From an uncultured Gammaproteobacteria bacterium (GTDB lineage Bacteria; Patescibacteriota; Microgenomatia; UBA10105; UBA927), in assembly GCA_964361785.1 (NCBI GenBank), contig CAYIBX010000003.1:4769-68768 (forward strand): DNA of 64,000 nt, written 5' to 3'. Below the pieces are notes generated by a model. That model saw only the letters and a program-made list of their open reading frames with translations, was not told where the DNA came from and searched no databases. This document shows positions 1-7,327 of the stretch, in pieces. A program made the translations under genes and the position numbers. Numbering within the stretch: the stretch's first letter is position 1; every line of letters begins with the position of its first letter.

Positions 1-1
1 T

Positions 2-193
2 TTAGAAATAAATAAAGGAGAGCTGTACTTTATTCCACCCGAAGCCAGACTTACAGTCGTACCAGAAGGATTTACTATCGTGACGGCAGTAGAAAAATTT
101 CCTTTATTATTTACTCCACAGAATAGTAGAGTTGCATTGAAAGATGGCATTCTGTTTATTCCAACCAAAACTACTCAAAAAGGAAAAGCTTGA
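2..193 (+). CDS. 3' end of a hypothetical protein (partial, runs off window start)
   Basis: Open frame LEINKGELYFIPPE...TTQKGKA ending TGA 191-193, convergent with trpS. Confidence 0.4.
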   Translation, partial: LEINKGELYFIPPEARLTVVPEGFTIVTAVEKFPLLFTPQNSRVALKDGILFIPTKTTQKGKA

Positions 194-207
194 TCTATAG
201 GAGTGAC

Positions 208-2550
208 CTATCGTATTTTTGCTCCCACAGGCATACCTTCTGCAGAAATAAACGACGGTTTTTTTTCACCGTGTTTTCCAAATGGTAATTCTTCCCCATC
301 CACAGCAAGAATCATGCCTTGAGATTCTTCATCCATCATCCGCCTAAAGGCGAGATTTGTAATAAAGAAAAACTGTTTATTCAAAAAATCTTCTGGTGCA
401 TATCCAAATCCACGCACGCCAGTAAAAATAATTCGAGGTTTATCTTCGGAAATATCTACAACGAGTCGAATAAGCTTCTCACTCCCTTCTTTATTTTTTG
501 CTTCCAACACTTTCCCCACCCGAATCTCAACCTTTGCAAAATCATCTATTGTGATTGTTTTTGATAGTTGTTGTTTATCGAGATTATACGTCGTCGTTAA
601 TCCTATCGTTTCTTTCACCTCATTCATCATCTTGCTGGCAATTGCTAGTGCCCTCTCTCTCCCCCGCTCTAATATTTCTTTTACCAGGTTTGGATTTGCT
701 TTCAGTTCTTCATATGCTTTTCGTGCCGGAGCAAAAAATGCCATTAAAGAATCAAATAAATATTGTTTTACTTCTACATCTCCTACTTTTCCTTCAATAT
801 ATGATTTTTTTAGTTCATCAACTTTTTCTTTATGACCAAAGAAATCCAAATAGGTAAACACCATATTGCCCTCAATGTGACCTTTATCCGTCGCGTGTTT
901 TCTGGTGGGATCGGTATACGTTCCATTGACTTGTTTACGTATCACATCTTCCGATTCAAAAATAGAAATAATATTCCCAAGACTTTTGCTCATTTTGCGT
1001 TTTCCATCAGTGCCAAGGATCGCACCGACCTCTTCTGAAATCATAGGATCGGGCAAGGTAAATACTTTTTTCTTGTAGATTTTATTAAACTTATCCGCAA
1101 TATCACGAGTGATCTCGACATGCTGCTTTTGGTCTTTACCAACCGGCACAATGTCAGGGTGATACATAAGAATGTCTGCCGCCATAAGAATGGGATAATT
1201 AAACAATCCAAGGTTAATATCATCTTCTGCAACTTCCTTGGTAAGCTTATCCTTGTACGCATGTGCGCGTTTTAGTAATCCCAATGGGGTAACGTTATTT
1301 AAGATAGATTGCAGCTCACCATGCATTTCTATGTCTGATTGACGATAAAATACCAGTCGATCAAACTCTTCTTTAGTAAGAAATCCTTTAAGAAGCGCGA
1401 GCTCATTTAAAACCAATGCTTCAATGTTTCCGGATAAATGTTTTTTATCTTGTATCGTTGTCAGTCCATGCATATCAGCCACGAACAAGAAGCACTCAAA
1501 TGACTTAACAATTTTTATAAATTGCGCCACTGCTCCTAAATAATTCCCAATGTGAAGCGTCCCATCACCGCTGGGCGTTATCCCAGACACAACTCTTCTC
1601 TTCTCCCGCACGACTCCAATTTCAATCACATCCGCAGCTTTTGCTTTCGTAAAACTTACTAAATCTTTCGGAGAAATTTTTAAATCATATTCCGGACTTC
1701 CTGTACCCAAATATACAAACTCTTTTTCTAAAATAGTTTTATCCATCAACATCAAAAAGTCAGGATTATACAGTGATACATACCCTACCTCGCACCCGGT
1801 CAGTTGCAACACCTCGGTGGGCTTACACATTCGTATTGTGTTAACACCAAGTAGTTGTTTTATTTTTTCTTCTGACAACTGATGATCGTCCCGCCGAAGA
1901 ACGGCAACACTCCCTCTTTCTGTTTGGAAAATAAGTGTCGACACTCCTTGATCTGCATTAATTCCCAAATATGCCAATCCCTCTTCAACAGTTTTAATTG
2001 GCGGGTGTTTAATTATTTCGTGAGGGGTTTTACTCTTTTTTAAGGCATCAAGTGTTTGTGTGTATTTATTTAAATTCACTTTATGAACAGGTTGAATAAA
2101 ATCAACCACTTTTATTCCTGGAATCTTTTTTAGATCTTCTGATTTATACCGAACGGTATAGAGCAAACTTCCCGACCCTGCATTGATATATTCCTTTTCA
2201 AACACCATTGCATCGATATATGTGGGAATATTTGGAATATAAACGCTCGCAGCGCCACTTGGCGCCTTAGTAATTTCCTCAAACTCATCCTCTGTTGCCA
2301 TTCGGAGAGCAGATACACGAAGATACTTTTTTACTTTTGCACTATCAAGCTTGGTGTCCCCTCGACGAATAATCGCAACAAAACGCTCATCTGCTTTCAT
2401 GAGGAGTGTTGCCCCAGCATCATCCATCCCGTACCCTAAATATTTCTGCACATCTTCCACAGAGATAAGCTGTGGGTGCTCAAGCAATTGATGCTCAATC
2501 CCAAACTTTTTTAACTGATCAACATAGTTCTTTACAATTTCATTATTCAT
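208..2550 (-). CDS. trpS: Bacterial-type tryptophan--tRNA ligase fused to two N-terminal YbaK/ProX-like domains and a C-terminal tRNA-binding OB-fold domain
   Basis: SGITPSG..LHIGNY (HIGH), YPILMAADIL, VPVGKDQKQH, KMSKS; two N-terminal repeats with GSGS/GTGS YbaK-type motifs; C-terminal ITIDDFAKVEIRVGKV...SQGMILA (Trbp111/MetRS-C type). Confidence 0.92.
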   Translation of the reverse strand: MNNEIVKNYVDQLKKFGIEHQLLEHPQLISVEDVQKYLGYGMDDAGATLLMKADERFVAIIRRGDTKLDSAKVKKYLRVSALRMATEDEFEEITKAPSGAASVYIPNIPTYIDAMVFEKEYINAGSGSLLYTVRYKSEDLKKIPGIKVVDFIQPVHKVNLNKYTQTLDALKKSKTPHEIIKHPPIKTVEEGLAYLGINADQGVSTLIFQTERGSVAVLRRDDHQLSEEKIKQLLGVNTIRMCKPTEVLQLTGCEVGYVSLYNPDFLMLMDKTILEKEFVYLGTGSPEYDLKISPKDLVSFTKAKAADVIEIGVVREKRRVVSGITPSGDGTLHIGNYLGAVAQFIKIVKSFECFLFVADMHGLTTIQDKKHLSGNIEALVLNELALLKGFLTKEEFDRLVFYRQSDIEMHGELQSILNNVTPLGLLKRAHAYKDKLTKEVAEDDINLGLFNYPILMAADILMYHPDIVPVGKDQKQHVEITRDIADKFNKIYKKKVFTLPDPMISEEVGAILGTDGKRKMSKSLGNIISIFESEDVIRKQVNGTYTDPTRKHATDKGHIEGNMVFTYLDFFGHKEKVDELKKSYIEGKVGDVEVKQYLFDSLMAFFAPARKAYEELKANPNLVKEILERGRERALAIASKMMNEVKETIGLTTTYNLDKQQLSKTITIDDFAKVEIRVGKVLEAKNKEGSEKLIRLVVDISEDKPRIIFTGVRGFGYAPEDFLNKQFFFITNLAFRRMMDEESQGMILAVDGEELPFGKHGEKKPSFISAEGMPVGAKIR

Positions 2551-2607
2551 AGATGTTACTTTCTATAATACCGTTTTAATATGCTTTCGGCGAGTATGGA
2601 AAGACAC

Positions 2608-3090
2608 TCACCATAACCATCCATCACCCGATGGACCTTTCGGATTATGATAATACCCATATTCAATTAACTTTTTTGCCATATTGATAATAAATGCAAA
2701 GCTGAAATCTATATTTCTTTCTTCACCTTTGGGTTTTGCAACATACTTAAAGTCAATACCGCTTTTACGATAAATGTCTTGCGTTGCTTCCCAATGATCC
2801 AAGGACCCCCCGATTAATCCCACGCCTCTCGCTCTTTTTGCCACAGGTAACTCATTAAACAGGGCCTGTAAAGGCGGGTCGTGCAACACAAACAACCCTT
2901 TTTGAGTTCTTCCTACCCCAGCCAAACAATTTGATGCATTATCAGTCATGACTACCGCCTTGGGATACCGCTCCGGCCTAAATAGTTGCCTATGACCAGT
3001 CCCTAAGCGGTACGACCGGTCTCCTATTTCCGCAATTTGCTTTTTGTTAAATTCGACTTTATGCAACAAATATTCTCCGAGTTTCATCAT
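2608..3090 (-). CDS. Hypothetical protein, possible CheD/YfiH-like Cys-His hydrolase
   Basis: 160-aa ORF with ATGA overlap to upstream gene; motif TDNASNCLAGV...LFVLHD...LIGGS. Confidence 0.6.
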   Translation of the reverse strand: MMKLGEYLLHKVEFNKKQIAEIGDRSYRLGTGHRQLFRPERYPKAVVMTDNASNCLAGVGRTQKGLFVLHDPPLQALFNELPVAKRARGVGLIGGSLDHWEATQDIYRKSGIDFKYVAKPKGEERNIDFSFAFIINMAKKLIEYGYYHNPKGPSGDGWLW

Positions 3091-4178
3091 GCGTTACTCC
3101 TCTTTTTTTGTTGGTCGCCTATCAATGAAACAATAAAATCCGCAGTAATTTTTTTGAGTTCACTTGTGGTCAGGCGACCACTTTCATATTCAGCTCTTAC
3201 TTTTTCGACAAATGCATCATCCGGATGATGGTTCAAAAGAAGCGCAAACACTGAACATATTTCGGGTATCGCCCCATATAATCGGTGGTCTTCAAGCGAA
3301 CTCACTCCTCCCGTATATGCTCTACTAATTTTTTTTCGTATTACTTCTTCCGCATCACTCAAATAAATCGCGGTATTGGGTTTAGATCCGGACATTTTTT
3401 GCTCGGGATCGAGAAGGCTTGGCTGAAACTTTACGACCAATTCACTCGGTGGAATCATGCCCAATTTTTTTGCTACATCCCGCGCCAATAATATATACGG
3501 ATGTTGATCTATGCCGACAGGTATAAGTGTTGGCTTGGAGCCTCCGTATTCTGGCAGTTGTGGTAGAAGAATTTGTGCCAATTGCACCACACCGCGATAA
3601 AATATCTGTCCGACGTTTACAAGCGATTCTTTACCAAACACAGCCATTACCATATCGTAGGTAACCAATCGGCTAATGCTCATCGCGAACCGATAAATGA
3701 TCGGCGTTTCTGTAATGACGTATATGTTTGTCTTTTCCGGCACAAAACCAAATGCGCGAATATCAGGCAGTATTTGTTCGAGTGCGATTTTCTTACTTAC
3801 TTCAATCGTTTCTGCTTTTCCATCTACATATGACTCGTCATTTGTCAGTGGTATCTGCACATCTGCACCAAGCTTTTGGAGATCAACGAGCACGTCAAAG
3901 AGCGCCTTGTGCCCCAAGTGCAACGGTGACGATGGGTTAAGCCCGGACACTACCGTAAACGGCTTGTTCCGCACGATACATTCTATAATCGGCTCGATGT
4001 CCAGATGCGCAAAGACAAACCCCCGGCGCATGGACCGAAAAATATATTTGTCCGGCAAATAGGCTTTCACCCGATCAAGGCTGGATAGTCCGTTTTTCTG
4101 CGCTTCCTTCTTATAATAACGATCAATTTTCTTCGCTGTCTGCAGTTTTTTTTGATATTCTTCAGAATAAATTTTCAT
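3087..4178 (-). CDS. trpS: Archaeal-type tryptophan--tRNA ligase (TrpRS-A-like)
   Basis: SGLNPSSPLHLGH, IPVGIDQHPY, KMSGS, AYTGG are archaeal/eukaryotic TrpRS motifs; probable start ATG 4178 (MKIYSEE). Confidence 0.88.
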   Translation of the reverse strand: MKIYSEEYQKKLQTAKKIDRYYKKEAQKNGLSSLDRVKAYLPDKYIFRSMRRGFVFAHLDIEPIIECIVRNKPFTVVSGLNPSSPLHLGHKALFDVLVDLQKLGADVQIPLTNDESYVDGKAETIEVSKKIALEQILPDIRAFGFVPEKTNIYVITETPIIYRFAMSISRLVTYDMVMAVFGKESLVNVGQIFYRGVVQLAQILLPQLPEYGGSKPTLIPVGIDQHPYILLARDVAKKLGMIPPSELVVKFQPSLLDPEQKMSGSKPNTAIYLSDAEEVIRKKISRAYTGGVSSLEDHRLYGAIPEICSVFALLLNHHPDDAFVEKVRAEYESGRLTTSELKKITADFIVSLIGDQQKKRSNA

Positions 4179-5040
4179 ACGTTGTTTCCTTTCTAAAATG
4201 TTTTGCGAGATTAATAATATTCTCAAGATCCCCAACAGGATCGGGAAGCCCCGCCTGTTTCGGGACAAAAGACGTATTAATAAAATCGTTGATACGCTCA
4301 GAAGATGTTTTTTCTAAAAAAATTCTGTGCTCCTGTAATTTATTGCTCCCCGCTTTATACGGCGTAAGACCAAATTCTTCGATTTCTGGGTGTAAAAGAA
4401 AATACATAAAATCCATTCCCAATGGATACGTTGGAGTTAAATAAATACTCTTGTAACACTCTCTTTTTAATTCTTTAGCGACCAACACAGCGGCTTCATC
4501 ATAAAATCGTTCTCGTGGTGGCCCAACTTTAATATCAAACAATAACGACGTGGCTATCGCCTCAGCCCCATATTTATATGCAGTTTTATCTTCCTGATGA
4601 ATCCGATTTTGCAACACTGTTTTTTGAAGCATTGTTTGAATTTTTGGCGACTGTATCACAACATCCTGCATTTGTTTAATCAGCTCTTGCACATGAGGCT
4701 CCTTAAACAACTCACTCATCAACGTCACGTGTATCGGAAGATGATATGTTTGAATAATTTCCTGTATATGACTCAGGCGCTTCTTGCCTTCATCAAAAAT
4801 CGTTTGTGTATCCCCCGAAGACTGATTAATTGCAGACGCGGTATCCGCAATGAGAATAGTTGAATCAGGAAATAACCCCACAAACAAATAATATTTCAAA
4901 GAATCTATCGTGATTCCCAACAGGTCATACGTTTCCCCATACAGAATTTTTACGTTGTCTTTGTTGAACACGTCAAACACCTCCCGTTTTGAAGGGAAGT
5001 AGCCATGAATCATGTTGTTATATTTTTTAAATATCTTCAT
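4162..5040 (-). CDS. Degenerate class Ic aaRS-like protein associated with archaeal-type TrpRS
   Basis: Start ATG 5040 right after the tRNA; TILIADT, YKYGAEAIA, DIKVGPPRERFYD and PYKAGS fall in the order of TyrRS/TrpRS core motifs without intact HIGH/KMSKS; overlaps TrpRS start. Confidence 0.7.
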   Translation of the reverse strand: MKIFKKYNNMIHGYFPSKREVFDVFNKDNVKILYGETYDLLGITIDSLKYYLFVGLFPDSTILIADTASAINQSSGDTQTIFDEGKKRLSHIQEIIQTYHLPIHVTLMSELFKEPHVQELIKQMQDVVIQSPKIQTMLQKTVLQNRIHQEDKTAYKYGAEAIATSLLFDIKVGPPRERFYDEAAVLVAKELKRECYKSIYLTPTYPLGMDFMYFLLHPEIEEFGLTPYKAGSNKLQEHRIFLEKTSSERINDFINTSFVPKQAGLPDPVGDLENIINLAKHFRKETTYENLF

Positions 5041-5043
5041 AGG

Positions 5044-5114
5044 TGGGATCATCAGGATTCGAACCTGAACAAAGTGTTCTGGAGACACTTGTGCTACCGT
5101 TACACCATGAACCC
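5044..5114 (-). tRNA. tRNA-Trp(CCA), archaeal-type identity (G1:C72, A73, G37)
   Basis: GGGTTCA TG GTGT AACGGTA GCAC A AGTGT CTCCAGA ACACT TTGT TCAGG TTCGAAT CCTGA TGATCCC A folds as a cloverleaf; CCA not encoded. Confidence 0.93.
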
Positions 5115-5144
5115 AAGCTAACTTTCTCGGCTATCGCCGAGTGC

Positions 5145-5414
5145 TTAATGCCAGAGGCCAAATGTTCCTACAGCATCAGCAAATCTTTGCGTTCGATCAG
5201 ATTCTTCAACAGAATGACACTCAAAACATTCAAAAACTTCAATAGTATGATTCATATCGTCTTTTCTTGTCGAGAATACTATGTCTCCAGTTAATGTACA
5301 TTCAGGATTATGTGAATGATTAGCAACTCTTCGTCTGCGTGATCGCTCTTCGTTCGCCTTAGTCCGTTCCGCAAAATAAGATCGAATTTGAGACTCTACT
5401 TTATTTAACTTCAT
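5145..5414 (-). CDS. Small hypothetical protein with HxxxC...CxxC motif
   Basis: Strong SD AAAGGAGGTG 6 nt before ATG 5414; HNPEC...CFEC. Confidence 0.6.
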   Translation of the reverse strand: MKLNKVESQIRSYFAERTKANEERSRRRRVANHSHNPECTLTGDIVFSTRKDDMNHTIEVFECFECHSVEESDRTQRFADAVGTFGLWH

Positions 5415-5462
5415 AGGTTTCACCTCCTTTCAAAAAATATCTTTTTATTCAATCAACAATAT

Positions 5463-5735
5463 CTACCGCTCTTGAAACACCTTCTTTCGCAAACAACCTG
5501 TACATCTAATGTAGGTAGTGTTAGCAAAACCACCATCATGTACTCCCCAAGATCCTCCGCCACCATACACATACACTCTTTCAGCTCCAATCTGTAAATA
5601 ATCCGCTGCCTCAGCAAGAGCCTTACCATTAGCAGGGCATGATTTTGCATGATCAAAAGAAACCATGGCATCTCCTGCCGTAACTTCTTTAGGTTGTAGA
5701 AATTGCATAATAATTGCTACTATTCTTTCTTTCAT
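5463..5735 (-). CDS. Small hypothetical protein with HxxxC...CxxC motif
   Basis: SD GGAG before ATG; HAKSC...CTGC. Confidence 0.55.
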   Translation of the reverse strand: MKERIVAIIMQFLQPKEVTAGDAMVSFDHAKSCPANGKALAEAADYLQIGAERVYVYGGGGSWGVHDGGFANTTYIRCTGCLRKKVFQER

Positions 5736-5875
5736 ATTTTTTACTCCAAAACCACCATCCTCCCCATCTTCCCTCTCGCCTTACCTACTATTCGTAGCGC
5801 GGCTCGAGGAGCGATGTTGGGGGATTGATCGGCAATTAAGCTCATAAATAAGCATTTATTCGCAAAATTGCCATC

Positions 5876-5927
5876 AAAAAAAGCCCTTGCAAATCCACGA
5901 GATGAAACTCATGAATCTACAAGGGCT
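5876..5927 (-). terminator. Intrinsic terminator of T-box leader
   Basis: AGCCCTTGTAGATTCATGAG-loop-CTCGTGGATTTGCAAGGGCT followed by T run; 5' arm overlaps antiterminator. Confidence 0.9.
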
Positions 5928-6148
5928 CTCAAAAGAGAACGGTACCACCTTGCTTATCGCCTACAATAATCCCGGCAAATGCCGGGAGATGTAAGAAATA
6001 TCTTTACATGCTCCGCTTATGGCGACACATGGTGCTGATATTTTTACAGTTCAGCTTCTGGACTTGATTTAAGAGTCAGCTACCTCAGAACAATTAATAG
6101 GAATTAATTTTCTGAGTAGACCCGGTTCCAACCCTCCGGATCAACGCT
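5876..6148 (-). promoter_or_regulatory. T-box riboswitch (Trp specifier, transcriptional attenuator)
   Basis: Antiterminator CAAGG-TGGTACC-GTTCTC TTTT GAGAGC-CCTTG with 7-nt bulge; short Stem I GCGTTGATCCGG AGGGT TGG AA CCGGG; intermediate hairpins; downstream genes are trp tRNA and TrpRSs. Confidence 0.85.
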
Positions 6149-6170
6149 TTTATTTACTTCTTGAATACGT

Positions 6171-6179
6171 AGTATACCA
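6171..6179 (-). promoter_or_regulatory. Extended -10 promoter element for the T-box leader
   Basis: TGGTATACT on minus strand about 23 nt upstream of Stem I. Confidence 0.6.
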
Positions 6180-6185
6180 CACCTG

Positions 6186-6578
6186 TCAAATTTCATTCTC
6201 AAAATCGTATATTCGTACTCCGAGGATTTTTTCAAAATGCTTTTTATTGAGCGTCACTACCTCTGCTCCAATTTCGTATGCGGTTGCAGCAATAACATAG
6301 TCAGCTAGCGATACACCCTCTCTTGCATCCTGAAACAATATCCCTGCGTGTTGTGCTATTCTTTCGGTTAAATCTACTCTCTGAAAATACTTGAGCATCA
6401 CTCGAATTTTTTTCTCAACATTTTTATTTCTAGTACTTAATCCTGAATACAGCTCAAAAACAACCGCAGTTGGCAAAAACAATTCCATCTCCTTCTCAAC
6501 TTTGGAAAAAAGCATATTCCATCGTTTCCCGCCACGGAGAGCGTCGATAATAATACTCGTGTCTACTACTAATTTCAT
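6186..6578 (-). CDS. PIN-domain (VapC-family) toxin
   Basis: VVDTSIIID, FELYSG, LADYVIAATA, TLNKKHF. Confidence 0.9.
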   Translation of the reverse strand: MKLVVDTSIIIDALRGGKRWNMLFSKVEKEMELFLPTAVVFELYSGLSTRNKNVEKKIRVMLKYFQRVDLTERIAQHAGILFQDAREGVSLADYVIAATAYEIGAEVVTLNKKHFEKILGVRIYDFENEI

Positions 6579-6585
6579 GTTTTTT

Positions 6586-6852
6586 TCATTTTATATCCCA
6601 TGTGCCCCATGATTTTATCATTTTTGGATTTCTAAGCGGGCTTTGTTGAAGATCAAAGTCTTTCGCAATTCCATGAGCCGCCTTCATTGCTTTATAAAGC
6701 CCTTTCCAATCAGTCTTGGTCGTTTTTGGGATTATCTCAGCAACTTCTTTTGTGTCTCTTACTACTGTCACCTTGGCACCCAAGGCCACTTGATTAAGCA
6801 GTTCAAAAAAATTATTCCGTGCGGCAGTTGCCGAGACTCTGATAGTATTCAT
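6586..6852 (-). CDS. Phd/YefM-family antitoxin
   Basis: VSATAARNNFFELLNQV...VTVVR N-terminus, directly upstream of PIN toxin. Confidence 0.85.
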   Translation of the reverse strand: MNTIRVSATAARNNFFELLNQVALGAKVTVVRDTKEVAEIIPKTTKTDWKGLYKAMKAAHGIAKDFDLQQSPLRNPKMIKSWGTWDIK

Positions 6853-6885
6853 ATAATGGTATTATAGCGTGTAATGTACACCTTG

Positions 6886-7239
6886 TCAATAGACATTCTC
6901 ATAATGAGTTAATCTTAGTACTTCATTATTTTCATCCAACACAATGGCAACGATGTCAATACGGCATGGCAACTCTTTACCTTTCATATACATTATTGCC
7001 ATGTTTCGAATACGAAAAAGCTTGCCTTTCCCAACCATCTCCTCAGGCAATCCAAACTCCTCCCCTGTTTTTGTTTTCACTTCTACAAATACGAGTGTAT
7101 TTTTGTCTTTTGCAATAATATCAATTTCTCCGAACTTATTAGAAAAATTTCTTTCAAGAATTTCATAATTCTTTTTGAAAAGAAAAGTAACAGCGGCATC
7201 TTCACCTAAATCACCTGTTTTACGGTTGTGCTGTTTCAT
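6886..7239 (-). CDS. yraN: YraN-family (UPF0102) nuclease
   Basis: GEDAA..L, GEIDIIA, LVFVEVK, RIDIVAI. Confidence 0.92.
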   Translation of the reverse strand: MKQHNRKTGDLGEDAAVTFLFKKNYEILERNFSNKFGEIDIIAKDKNTLVFVEVKTKTGEEFGLPEEMVGKGKLFRIRNMAIMYMKGKELPCRIDIVAIVLDENNEVLRLTHYENVY

Positions 7240-7327
7240 GTTTTCGAATGACGAACGTAAATTTTTGCACGCAGCAATCCGGAATTCTTATTCCAGGGAC
7301 GCGAGTACATAAAATTTATGCGAGTCA

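Noticed and set aside
5041-5088. N-terminal extension of ORF 4162-5088, and ORF 5043-5294(+)
   Set aside because: Both overlap the tRNA-Trp gene and are reading-frame artefacts
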